Below, piece by piece: positions 46,102 through 58,934 of a stretch of 64,000 nt of DNA (position 1 is the stretch's first letter; the number at the start of each line of letters is the position of its first letter). The notes beneath the pieces are model-generated. The model was not told the origin of the DNA. It ran no database searches and was given only the letters and a program-made list of their open reading frames with translations. Origin of the DNA: Bugula neritina (lineage: Eukaryota; Animalia; Bryozoa); contig OZ037765.1 in the NCBI GenBank assembly GCA_964035545.1, positions 10,426,698 through 10,490,697 on the forward strand, read 5' to 3'. The translations under genes and the position numbers were made by a program.

Positions 46102-49100
46102 TCACTGCTCCAAATATGGGGCCCAAACAGCAATATTTCCAAACAAGTTGGGTCGACAGGCATTGCTGAGAGGAGGGTAGAATGGTGGCAATGCAGTTTG
46201 TTGATGCTTTTGCAGTTTACCTAATAACCAAACTACAATATCAGGTCTTTCTTCACTCAAATCATGTGATTCGGTTGGATCGTTGGTAATGTTGAACAGC
46301 CGAATTGCTGAATAAAACTTGCTCGTTTGGCGTGGTCGAAATGCATGATCTGAAACAGACAAGATTATAGTAATGAAATTATTAAGCACGGAGTGTTTGA
46401 GAGGAACCAGGTCAATTCTGCAAGTAGCTTACTTACTGTTTACTACTGGAAGCAGTCGACTCAATTATACTAATAGTGAGCCTTAAATTATTTAATTCAA
46501 AAGCTAGTTTATAGTTATGCATTTGCAAACTTTGTAAAATTTTAGCTGATGTCAAGATTATGCAGAAAGTATCATTGATAATTTTAGACTTACATTTGAA
46601 AATATTCATTGCGGGGTCAGGTACAACGCCCATGAATCCAACTTCACCAGTCATAAGTTTCCAGTCTCCAGATCTAATAGCAGCAAGTTGGTTAATGTGG
46701 AAAGGTTGTGCAGCTGGAAGAGTAGTAGTAGCAGGAGTGGGTGTGGTGGTAGTTGTAGTAGTTGGAGTGGTTGTAGTAGTAGCGGTAGTTGTTGTTGATG
46801 GAGTGGTTGTAGTGGTAGTTGTTGTAGTTGTAGTAGTAGTTGTTTTTGTGGTAGGTTCCTGTGTTGGAGATTGGGAAATAAAATTATTTTCCACTTCTTC
46901 AAATGCTTCTTTTAAAGAAGGAGAGCTAGAGGATCCTATATCAAAGCCAGTGCTCACATTTTGACTTTCTGGTTGGAAGGTGGTTGACTCAACAGTCATA
47001 TTATTCATTAAGACCAACGGCAACGCACTTCTTCTAAATCTTCTATTTCGATGGCGGCGCTTCTGCCTTCGTCCCCGTTTCTCCCCTCGTCCCCGTCTTC
47101 TACTGCCCATAGGAACTCCAACACTAAGTGGGTCAATGTTGTAGATGATCTCCTACAGAATTTGTAAAGTGAAATATTCTAGAGTTATTCTGAGTAACAT
47201 AGTGTAGTAACCACATTCAGACTGCTAACTTATGTCAAGTTTGTTCAATTTTTGCTGTATTATAAAAAATAAATAGAGCATTCTGTGAAGGCATATCCAA
47301 AGTAAAAACCTAAAAATTATATCTGTAATTGTGGAGTCTTGCATAAAACATTCAACTGCATGTAAAACATTATAATTTGTTGTTCAGCACAGCTTCCAAA
47401 AGTGCAAGTATAAAAAAGCTACATTTTTAATTATTTTTGTAGCAACAATTTAATAATGAAGCATTAATTTTATTATTGATTTATTTGTAGTTATTTTGTT
47501 GCACTAAGAACTTGGAGTTATTACACTTTACTAACCGTTCTAGCATCAGTTGCACCATTACTCAAAGTCTCCCATTGGTTAATACTATCATGGTTGCTTA
47601 GTTTCCCACCAGCTAAATGAACAAATGTTGCTTTCCAATCCGAAATGTGCACCAGAGAGTTGGAAACACCAACATTCTTTACAAGAGGTCCTGAGATTAG
47701 GGCTACACCTTTTATACCTGCAGTTACAAATAATATAACTGGCTCAATACCTGCAGTTACATAGGCCTATATCACAACTGATAAAATGCCAAAATTTGTT
47801 TTAATGGGTGTTTTATAACTAAGTTACATTAGGTTATTGTTTTCATATATTATTTATGATTTTCATTTCGCAATAGTAAAAATAAGTGACTTCTTATTCA
47901 AATGTGAAAGAAAAATACGTATCGTTTTCTGCAACATTGACCGACAACTCCAATTTTTTTTTTATTAGTAAACACAATAATCCATTATATGTTTCAACAA
48001 GTCTCGAAACAACAAACTGACTAAGAAATGCTGCTGCTGACCTGCTTCGTAGTAAGTGCCTTTGTTTCCCCTTAGGGGATAATTACTGGCTCCACCACTG
48101 AGAGCTTGGCCACCATTGTCTGTGGAGAAGACAATTACCGTTTCCTGCATCATATTACTTTCTTCTAGTTTTCGAACAATTGAACCAATAGCATCATCCA
48201 TGGCTGAAAAATCAATAACATAGCATTGATTAATGATCAATATTCACATGTGCAGCTACATGTTACATAGAAAATAAATGAGTATATTGTATTCAATTTT
48301 ATTTTCAACAAAATCTTTACTGCTTTATACACTTTATTAATGCACCCAGCTTAATTGTAACCAGTTGCTAGCTAATCAGTTTCAGTTTTTCAAACACTTT
48401 AAATTGTGTATATACATATGCATTAAAATTTGATATGGTTACACACACGTAGTAGATACCCGATTATTATACATTTCAACACTGTATTACCAATGGTACG
48501 GTACAAGATAATCAGAGTTTACCTGTTACCATGGCTGCGTAGTTTCTTCTAGATTTAATTGGGATGTGTTGATATCTTCTAATGTACCCCCTGGGAGCCT
48601 GTAGCATATACAAGAAAAAATTTAGAAATTGTAATTTTTCAAACACAATCACTGCTAGTTTAGCACTTGTAGGAAAATAGTTTTTATATCGAAATGATGC
48701 CGAAACCTGAAACCTTTCAATTGCAGGTTATAGCTCAATCAACTATATATAAAACAATATATAAAAAGCATTTAAAATTCTTTACAAAATTTAAAATGAT
48801 TCTTTCAACTGTCAGCACTGTATAGATAAAATAAACATAGGTCAAGTGTCACAGTGAACAGTTTGGAAAATTAATATTTATAGAGACCAGGTTTAATGAA
48901 GCTACAGAGTTGCTTGAAGCTAGACGCAACCCTCAAGTGGTAGTTGAGGTGACAGAAAGAAAAACAGACATATAATCAATATGTTTAGATGTGTCTGCAT
49001 TATAGAAGTCTTTCTGTCTGTGTGTGTGTCTGTCTGTCTAATTAGAACCAAAGTGGCGTTCATAGCTAATCTTCTACAGCCTATACTTATGGTCACTCTA

Positions 49101-52100
49101 ACAAATATAGCCTATAATTAAAAAATTTTTGAGAGTTTGAAAATGCAGGTAAATCATAAATTCATAAACAAATTTGAACGACTTGCATAGTTTGTCAAAT
49201 TTACCTTTTATATAAATAGATTTATTGGTACTAAGTTAAGTGACCTGATCTAAGAAATATGATAAGCTCTATAAATACCACAAGCTCTGTAATTCATCAC
49301 ACTAATGTGAGTTTTGGCACATGAAGTACCAAAATAGATTAGGAGATTATAGAATTAATAGAAATTAGAAATGACTTGCATAAAGTCTGCCTTGTGAAAT
49401 ATTATAAAATAAGAATTAAATAAGGCTGTAATAATTTATGGCTATTTGGACATCCTTTCGTAACAGTAAGGCAGGAAATAGATTATAGTTTCCTTAATAG
49501 ACCTTCTACTTCAAGTTGCACAAGTCTTATATATAATTACTGTTTGTAGGTAACAGCGTGGCGCTACAAACTCATACTTATATACGTATTGTAGAGTCAA
49601 CTGAGCTTTCTATAATTAGATACCAAACTAGATTATAATTATTAGTTCATTTCCAATGTCATCACTAACTTGCATAAAGTAATATGAAATTTATTTAACT
49701 TTAAAAGTTATAAAAGCAATGATAATTTATGAGGAAAGTTTTTATTACCTGGCAGTGATACACATAAGCAGGCCAAGAAATCCTAATGTTTAATGTTATA
49801 TTTATTGCTTATCCTTAGGAAAACTGTTGTGATTTTAGCAAAAAAACATTACCACTATTTTACATCATTAGTCAAAGAAACTATCATTTTTGTCCAAGAG
49901 AATTTAAACTCTATTTTATAGATAGAAAAAATTAAACTATTTAAATTTTAATATGTAAACCTTTGAAAACCTAATAAACCCAATATTTATAAAATTAGAA
50001 CAAATTGAAAATGAAAATAAAATTTTGCAAGTAGAACTTGATGAGTATACTATACCTGGGTTGGTGTATGAGGAGCTTGAAAAGATAGGAACATAAACAT
50101 CGGTAATCCATTCTGGCTGTGTTCATCAATAACTTCATGGGCTCTTCTTTCATAGTAAAAAGTGGAGTACTGGCCAGAGGCTCCTGGGTTTGGGGTTGTG
50201 TCGTTGTAGAAATCCAGAACCTTCTTTCCTTTAAACCCTCTTTATAAGTACAATAAAAACTAGTACAGTATACCAGTCTATCACTGACAATAGTTATGCA
50301 CATCACTGCTATAATTTAAAAAAAGAAATTTCATTACAAAACATCTTGGAGCTAATCTCGCAGCTGCTATGAATGCTACGGTTTATACACTAAAGTCAAA
50401 TACACAGTTTCACAGGTCAGTGTATCCAATCACATCATTAGAATAAATAAAATATTGTTATATTTAAACAAATAAAACATAATAAATTCATATAACATGG
50501 TTGTGCATTTTTGTAACCTTTATCAATTTATATTTACCTCCATACACTATAAATAATCTACTGCAAATTTTTACACTCATAAATGTTTGCTGTTTGTATG
50601 TAATACTGTAAAATTTTGGCTTGAGTTAAAATATTTCAACAATGAATATAAACTTAAGAATCAAAATATGCTTTAATATATATTCTATTCTTTTAATAAT
50701 AAATATTATGAATAAATAAAATGTAGTGAAAAATACACTCTAAATCTTATTTATATGTATAAAACAATCTTATAAATAATTTTGTAAAAATATCGGTGGG
50801 CTATAGTTTACAAAAGTAAATTTTCTAGCGCTTAAATAAAGCTTTATAAACTATGACTAAGTAATATATAAGTAAAACAATGCATTATAACAATCTCATA
50901 GTTGCACACTCGCAGATTTGTATTTATTGAGGAAGACAATACACATGATCAAAAATCTATTGGATCAATAATAGATCAATGATGATGAATCAACGAGTCT
51001 ATCATAAAATAGTTTCCTTGTTTAGCGCCAACTAGGGATTAGTGTCACCCACAGACTAATCTAAATACAAAATCTTCAGCAACAGTACTACCAAAAAGTA
51101 GTTCCCTCTATATTTACGGCAGAATAGCTCGATGTCTTCCCCGACTAGTGGTTTGTGTGATATAATAGCTATACTTCAGCAATGTGCTATAACTTAGAGG
51201 ATATTTTTTGTGGAAGTGGACAGAATAAATCCTAAAGCCAGTGGCATAATTTAGCTCATATTGCAGAAAGTCCCATGATTAAACAGGCATATACACTGAT
51301 AAACAAGCGGATTAAAATTTTATTTTCAAGTTATCGTATAGGTTATGGCACATGGGAATTGTGTAAAGTGCCACACGATGTATATGCAAAAAGTTACTTT
51401 CGCAATGAGCATTTATAGCTGTTGTCTACCAGTTTTACCAAATAAGCTGTTTTCCCTTTGTTGGTAAGATGTAATATGTTTTAAAAAAGTATGCAATACA
51501 AGTGTTACATACTTTAATCCTTACACTGTTTTCTTGCGGAGCAGTGGGAACAGAGTTTTAATTTACTGCAGTATGAGACTTTCATCACCCCCCCCCCCCT
51601 CCAAAAAAACAACTCACCAGTTTTACAAGGAAGTTGCTAAGTTACAATATCTTAATCTATCTTGCCGCTACAAGCACCTATCCAGCTGCTTATAGATAGA
51701 ATAGACCAAGCTCTTATAGTAAAGTTTCTCTATCTAAGGTCGGGCTGGAGGAAACAGTAAATGTCTACTCAGTGCATTTAGGTCTCGCAAAAGTTTAAAG
51801 TCTCACTGCAAACAAATGTAACATCCATATAAAATCGTTTGTATTATTTGGCTAGTTCTTACTTTTTGTGTGTGAAGTGATCACCCAATCCATTGAGCAT
51901 TCCTCTGAAAGAGTCAAAACCTCTGTTGGTTGGCAAGTAGTCAGGAGTATGGAATCCACCGTGCCATTTACCTGCGAAGTAGATTTATAAAAGTCTGTAA
52001 TTTATAAGAAAGTATGTTTGAAGTATAAACTTTATTTGATTTACTCACTCGCATACTTATATCCTGGCTCATTGATCTCTAAGGGGTAGATATTAAAATC

Positions 52101-54207
52101 AATTATAAACACATATATGAGCATTTTTAACCTTTTCATAGGTAATGAGGTCATTTCTCATGTATATAGTCTAAGAATTTAAGATAAAATCACAAGTAAA
52201 ACATGGAAGAAGTCAATTTAAAATTCATTTTCATGCCTCATATTCACAAACTAACAATCTTTAAAATTGATTTAAAGTCATAACACGATTATTTATGGTA
52301 GGTTAATGCTTTGAAATCACCCTAAAAGATTAAAATTATTATTGCAAAACATGTTTTTGATGCATTTGCATTTACTCAGTCACATCTAAAAGGATGCAGG
52401 AAAGAAAGCTGTCCACTGATGTACTGTAACACATCATATTATTATTTGGTTGATATTCTTTTAGCAGTTCCATTTATTACACAATTATGGTATAAACGTT
52501 AGCAAATTGACAAAACTGAAGGATAACAGTAAATTATAAACAATGAAGCCTGTTCAACTAACCAATTAGATGGTTCTTGTAGCCTAAGTCCCTCAATTCA
52601 TCAGCTATGGTTGTCTCTGATAAGGGAATCCCACTTGGTCTACAAGGCTGGAGGTTCTTGTGTTGCAGGCCAAGATGAGTGAGATATCTACCTGCAGTGA
52701 ATAGTATTATGTCTCACATGTTATATTTCTTTGGTAATGAACTCAGCAAAACATAGTATTTTGCAAAGCTAAATAATTAAAACATGGAGTTTGAAAAGAT
52801 AACATGCCAACTAGTTTCTTGTAGCCTATTATAAAAACTATAAACGTGCCTCAATAAAGTCTTGGATCATAATTTAATAATATTACCTCCAAATTAAAAT
52901 ATTGGCATAAATTAAATAAAATAAAAAACTTTGGAAAATTATGGCTACTATATAAACCAGTGGAATAAACATTATGGAAAAATAATAAATTCTTAGTAAA
53001 ATTACAAGCAATTAAAAATCAGCTATTATTGATTGACTCAGCATGCAGATGAGTCATGGAATGCCAGTGTTGACTGAAATCCTTGCGCCTAGATTATAAA
53101 CTTATTCCAATTATGAAGCAATGCAAGTAGATGCTGATTTATATGCAGTATAGGTATGGACTTAGCAAATCTAAGACAACTTAATTTACCTGTCAGGAAT
53201 TGTGCTCGAGATGGGCCACAATTTGGTGCTGTGTAATAATTATTAAGGATAACACCTTTGGCTGCCAAACTGTCAATATTTGGTGTAGAAATATCCCCAT
53301 TATGGAATCCTACGTCATTCCAGCCCAAGTCATCAGCCATTATCATGATTATGTGTGGCTTTGTAGGAGTTAGAGAGGAGCATAGTGGCAACAGAAGGTG
53401 CAAAAGGAGAACCTGTATGTTACAATATATTCACTATTATTGAAGTTTAAATAAATTGTAAGTATCCGAGTGATAATTTATCTTAATAACATAATTTACT
53501 ACACTTTATAAATGCTGCCAAGTTCCTGGCTTTGTTGCGACTGGTCACATACGTGTATGTGTGCTTAAAGATTTTCAAAGTCATAATTCAAATAATATAA
53601 GTTTATGTAAAGAAAACTTTGTAAATTTTTGTGCTTTGTGTGATAAGAGGTAAGTTCAAAATAGCTGATAAAAATCACAGATGTACCTATAGCAACCTTG
53701 AGATAAAACGTGCTCAACCAATGCATAAAATTTATTTCATGAAGTAGGTATAGGAAATAAGAGGAACACAGTGCAAATAAATTTGTAATTTGAATACAAT
53801 GTTGGATAATCGCCAATTTTGATAGATAATAATATACACATATAGCAACTGTGTAGAACTTTTACTATTTGAAAAGTGTGATACAGGCTCTGGCAAAATT
53901 CATATCTGTGCAACTGTGATATTGTTATAACTTTTGTATTAAATTTATATTATTTTTCGATTTTAGACACTTTTAAAATTGCTCACTTTGTACATGTAAT
54001 TGCTAAAGCATTGTGTAATCTTAAACTGCTGTAGCTTTGTTATGAGTTTGCTGATCACACTCTTACACATCAAGTATTGTAAATCAGGTTTTGTTTTGGG
54101 TTTGAGTACATCAGTTAACAAGTTTTGTGCTACAGTCTAGTTTAAAGCTTTATTAGGTATTCTATTAAGAGCTAAAAGCTTACCTGGAGAAAGTGTGGTG
54201 AGGTCAT
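46102..54207 (-). CDS. Arylsulfatase B/I/J-like sulfatase, copy A (631 aa) with polybasic + Thr-rich insert
   Basis: Exons 54207-54184, 53412-53190, 52691-52563, 51971-51863, 50239-50056, 48598-48523, 48203-48042, 47717-47536, 47152-46594, 46349-46102 (1896 nt, phases consistent). Signal peptide; [17 protein letters not shown]; FGly motif [11 protein letters not shown]; GKWH; FSTDNGG; NYPLRGNKG; HISDW; [10 protein letters not shown]; [10 protein letters not shown]; C-terminal VWAPY. Confidence 0.92.
46721..46853 (-). repeat. ACN trinucleotide repeat encoding a mucin-like Thr/Pro stalk
   Basis: [44 protein letters not shown] within arylsulfatase A exon 9. Confidence 0.9.
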
Positions 54208-55397
54208 TCTATCTGTTTATCTCTATGCCTTGTGCTCCAACTAATATATGTTTATTATATATATGTGTGACCAAGTCAACTTATACAGCATGCATATAAT
54301 ATGCTATTTTGGGTTATATCTGGTAAGGATGTTGCTGTGTGATTGGAAGAACTAGTTATGATCATTCAACCATCTCAAGCACATGTAATTGGATTTTGAA
54401 GATAAGACATTTTCTGGAAGTGTGCCGAACGTGATTGATGACTTGATTGAACCAGATTTGCTAATAAGACTTTTTTCCAAAACACATTTATACCCACCAT
54501 AGCAACTATAGAAAAAACATCAATCTGTATTTGCAAAGTTACTAAGCTGAAATATTCCTTAGTAATTTCATAGGGCTATATAAACTTTTTGTTGTGGCTT
54601 TTTGTAGAGTTTTTTCCACTTAATTAAATGGTATTATTGGTTGATCTCTGTATTTTATTATAAATGACATGTATGTTTTTCAATTAAAAGTCAAAAAATG
54701 GTTGGTGAAAACATATTGAGTAAAATCTTGCTATGAACTTCCAGTTTGCATGAGTTTCACCTAGCTCGAAGTTACAAGACGTGCTTATAACCTATGAGAG
54801 TGCAACTTCTATAGTCAGGATTTTATTACAGATAAAAGAATTGTCTAATTAAAAGTGGCACGCGAGTCTATTAGTTGGATTAGGTATTTTAATTATATTA
54901 ATGTGGCACATGGCAGATTGAGGGTTTAGAGTGAAGTGCTGATAATTAAACTTGTAAAATAAAAGCAAGTTCATGACTTTTCGCCATAAATTTGGATTAT
55001 TTATGTTAATACCAGCTTGATTTAAGCAGATATTAACAAACACAGTCTGTTGATATACCAATTTATTACAACGTATGCAATATTACTTATTATTGAAGAT
55101 GCAATTGGTATCATATATTTTATTATGGGAACTGCTCAAAAGCATTGAGTATTGCAGGAATCTTTCAAAATTGATTAGTCATATCAGCTTTTTTAATATC
55201 TAAGCTTAATGTATTCTCCTTTTCAATATCTTGATACATTAGGTGCATAGCATTGATATTTATGTAGTGAGCTACTGATTGTTATAAGTAGGATCAAATC
55301 ACTTCAAATCTATTTTAACTCTGAACTGCATAGAATGGATTAACAAATGCATGTGAATATTTCACACATCGATGGCAAGTTGCTATGTAGTGTATAA

Positions 55398-55812
55398 GCC
55401 TAGGGCCACACTGTGCGTATTTTCGAATGCAAAAATTGAAATCACAAATAGCAAAGGTGTCCACTGTACGCGTTGAAAAAAACATTGGAACTTGTCGCTC
55501 AGCATTCTGAACGCAAGTGCGAATCGTCTCTGTCGTCGTCACCTGATTGGCTGGTTGTTATTTAGCAAGCCCAATTTCTTTATTTTAGTGCTACATTCCA
55601 GTAAATTGTGTTTTATTGAAAGCAAGTGAGATTTAAAAATAAAAACTTCATTTATCCCGCACTTGTAGCCATAGCAACAAGGCGAGCAGTAAAATTAAAT
55701 GCAAATATTATTAGCTAGTAGTTTTCCGATCTCACTGACGCTACAGTGGACACCTTTGCTACTTGTGGTTTCAATTTTCGCATGCGAAAATACGCACAGT
55801 GTGGCCCTAGGC
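55398..55812. mobile_element. PIF/Harbinger-type (Tourist-like) MITE, copy 1, 415 bp
   Basis: About 71-bp TIRs starting GCCTAGGGCCACACTGTGCGTATTTTCG; TAA TSD (55395-55397, 55813-55815); second copy at 62131-62474. Confidence 0.9.
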
Positions 55813-56366
55813 TAAACTGGCACAGCAGTGCACATATTTTGAGAGTTTATATCATAAAGTTCTATTTATATGCTGTTATATAAAGTTGCTCAAAAGATAC
55901 AATTGAACATTACTCTATTGTCTATTTTTATAGATGTTCCTACCATTCAGGCTTTAAGTATATATACAATAAATAATATCACATTTCCCTTTTTTAAGAG
56001 TATTATGTAATATTTTAGTTAATCCCAAGAGTATTATTAGATAAATAACAGTTTTAATAAACTCTGAGAAGCAAACGTTGCTGGGTCTAAGGATGTCTGT
56101 TACATAATAAAAATAAACTTGAATAATTTCTGCACTATTATAAGTTGCTTCACGTTTTTTATTTCAATTTCATTTCTATATAAATTCATTACAAAATATA
56201 TTGTTATATATTTACTCAAACCAAAATACTTTTTTTAGCCTCAAAAACATAATAGTAAGGCATGAAATAGCAAGATTTCAATATATTGAAAATAATATGC
56301 AACAACATTATCATTTTCTACATGTGTTCTTTGCATTAGAATGTATTCAACCTGCAACAGCCCAAT

Positions 56367-58205
56367 CTACCTCCGCAACCTACTATGAACATCCCACCAT
56401 TCTTTTATAGCGGTGGAGCAGGTGTTGACAAGTCTTGAAGAGGGTACTCCTACATCCTCCCTCAACCATAGTTTGAACTCTGTATCATCACAGTCTAACA
56501 TCAAATATTTACTCAGCAGATGTTGAATCTACAAGAGAAGAATACAAACGAATAAATATACATTTAAAGGCATGTGGTAATCCAAGCAGCCAATTAGACC
56601 GGTACAGGACGCTTGTGACTTTGAAATTGTGTATTTGGCTTAAAATTTTTACCTGGATATATTGACATCCATTCTCCATTCTTTTATTGTAGGTCTTGAA
56701 AGCTTCTGTAAAAGCAGCTCCAAGTCCTGGAATGGCCGATATTTTCTTCCTGGATATATTTTCTCTCAAAAATGCTTCCCATCTTTCGTCAGTGCCCTCT
56801 GGACCTGAACTTTGAGTGGCAGCGGAACTTCTTCTTGGCAATACATGCTTTGCTGGAGCCGGGTATATCACTCCTTTAGGCAACTATAAAAATATCATCA
56901 ATGTAATTATAAAAAAACTCAACAATATTGTGATTTAGTAGATGCAAGTGTAAAAAGCCACCATCTTTTCGCTATGTTATTTTCTACTCAGTATTTATTA
57001 ACATTGGAAAAACTACAATGTGAATAATATGCAATAGCTTTTGGTCAGTTGAAATAAAGATAGTAACCGCTTAAAACCAGCCATTACAAGGTTGTGCAAT
57101 TCAAAATTGTACTATATAGGGAGCCTTTTATTACTATGAGCTTAACTGTGTCATGTTGAAATCTATAGTAGAGCAAGATAAATCAAATTAAAAACAACCA
57201 ATCAGAAAATTTTGAAATTTGTAAAGTTCTACAGACTTACTAAAACTTGATGCGAGATACTTTTGCCAGTAAAAAGTTTCCGTACAAGCTTGGTTAAAGA
57301 ATTTATAGATAAATTGTGAATGAAATGAAGACTTGCAATTAATATTTGGTCAAAATTTCAAAAGTTATAAATAAAGTTGTTAAAATTAGTCTAACAAACC
57401 AATCATCTAGTGAAAAATAAATTTCACTTAGCTGCAGTGGCATAGCGAATGGTTTAAAACCTGTTAAAATTTCTATGGTGTGTTTACATTGAGCGCCTTT
57501 TGCGTCTTCATTTTAAGTTTAGTGGCTTCATTCAAGGTGTGGTCTTCAGAAGTGGCACTAAACACGCTGTTTCCCAGCACAGTCTGGAATGAGTCAGTAG
57601 TGATGCCTTCTTTTGACAGTTGAACTAAGTGTTCTGTCTGTATTTTTATAGCAGCAAATGCTAATACTGTGTTCTCCTAAAATCAGACATGTTCTTAATT
57701 ATGATTAGTTTCAAAATAAACTAATAAAAAGTGAACTAAAATAATTTAGCATTAAATACTTTTAGGGAGCTATTGAAGATCATTGAAATATTTTGCATAA
57801 GCACTAAACTTTTGCTGAATAAAAAGATATCAGTTTGCTGTGTGTAAGAATACAAATGTTTCAATTTTGAAGAACTAAATAGGTAATACTTTTTAATCAG
57901 CTTTAATTTAGCTTTCTACACACTTGAATTGTCTAACGTAATGAAAATTTTAATTTATCTCCTGAAAAGATAAGCTCCAAATCAACCTAATTTGCAAATA
58001 TATTTGTTTTAAAAGAAAAATTTGTTGAGTTTAAATAAAAACATAAGCTTCAGTTTGGTATTAAATTATTAATTAAAGTAAAATCAAAGAACTTCAAGGT
58101 TTAGCACTGCATAAGTAAACCTATAGGTAAAGTTTAGATAAGTTTTTTAGGTCTAGAAACATAAAATAATTTTTTAATGATTAACAGTAAATAACTTACC
58201 TCCAT
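56367..58205 (-). CDS. Barrier-to-autointegration factor (BAF/BANF)-like protein with long N-terminal extension (about 195-211 aa)
   Basis: Core exons 56883-56653 and 56528-56367 give ...DERWEAFLRENISRKKISAIPGLGAAFTEAF...|IQHLLSKYLMLDCDDTEFKLWLREDVGVPSSRLVNTCSTAIKEWWDVHSRLRR*, aligning to BAF ([39 protein letters not shown]; CLREW). Upstream phase-0 exons 58205-58200 (ME), 57676-57488 and possibly 57288-57241 are less certain. Confidence 0.78.
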
Positions 58206-58934
58206 GAAATATAGTACTGTTTTGAGAGAATGACTAATGAGCCTTTCAAAGCTTCTAGTTCACTGAAAGCTGATGTAGCTATCAAAGAAAGCTTCTTTAA
58301 TTTGTTTTAATAGCTTTCAGCTTTAAAGCCAAATATAACTAAAAGCTGATAAAGCTTTTATAAATATGTTAGCTTTTTTAGTTTGTTTTAAACTCTAGAC
58401 TATTGTTTATTGTGCAATGGCGTGTCAAAATATTATTTTTTAGTGTTATGTTTCCTCCAAAGTTTTTTTCAATATATGCAAATTGAAACTACTGTAAAAG
58501 CTATTTTCAATAGTTTTTAGGGTCGCTGCACTTTTTTGAAAATGCTGGTTGCTGCATAAATGACTGTGATTTGTTTAACATACATAATATATTTACCGTT
58601 TGCTTTAACAATGCTTCTTAAGCAACATAGTTGACATGAAATATCAAAGTCAAAAATTACACACTAATAAACTAAAATACAAATATAAAAATAACTAGTT
58701 GTGAGTGTTTTCTAATAAAAACAATAATATCAAATAAAATATCACGTTTTAAACAAAACGAGCTATTAATATGAGCATTAATGAACCAATGCACACCACC
58801 AAATCTTTCTAACTCCACCATCAGTTCAGCACTAAAGCAGAGTTTGCTTATTCAAAACAGCGCACTGTATAATTTGCAGCAATCATGACAACAACTACCA
58901 TAAGTTGTGATGTAGGGCTTCTTTCCAATATCTA

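Noticed and set aside
46560-46964. Poly-Val plus-strand ORF and Q/L-rich ORF 46651-46902
   Set aside because: Antisense or alternative frames of the Thr repeat in sulfatase A.
49995-50306. Similar ORFs at 49995-50306 and 61520-61714 as a conserved overlapping peptide
   Set aside because: Alternative frame of sulfatase exon 5; the similarity follows from that exon's high nucleotide identity.
55315-55542. Similar ORFs MTTTETI... at 55315-55542 and 62065-62274
   Set aside because: Both start inside the non-autonomous MITE, have GTG starts and show no transposase motifs.
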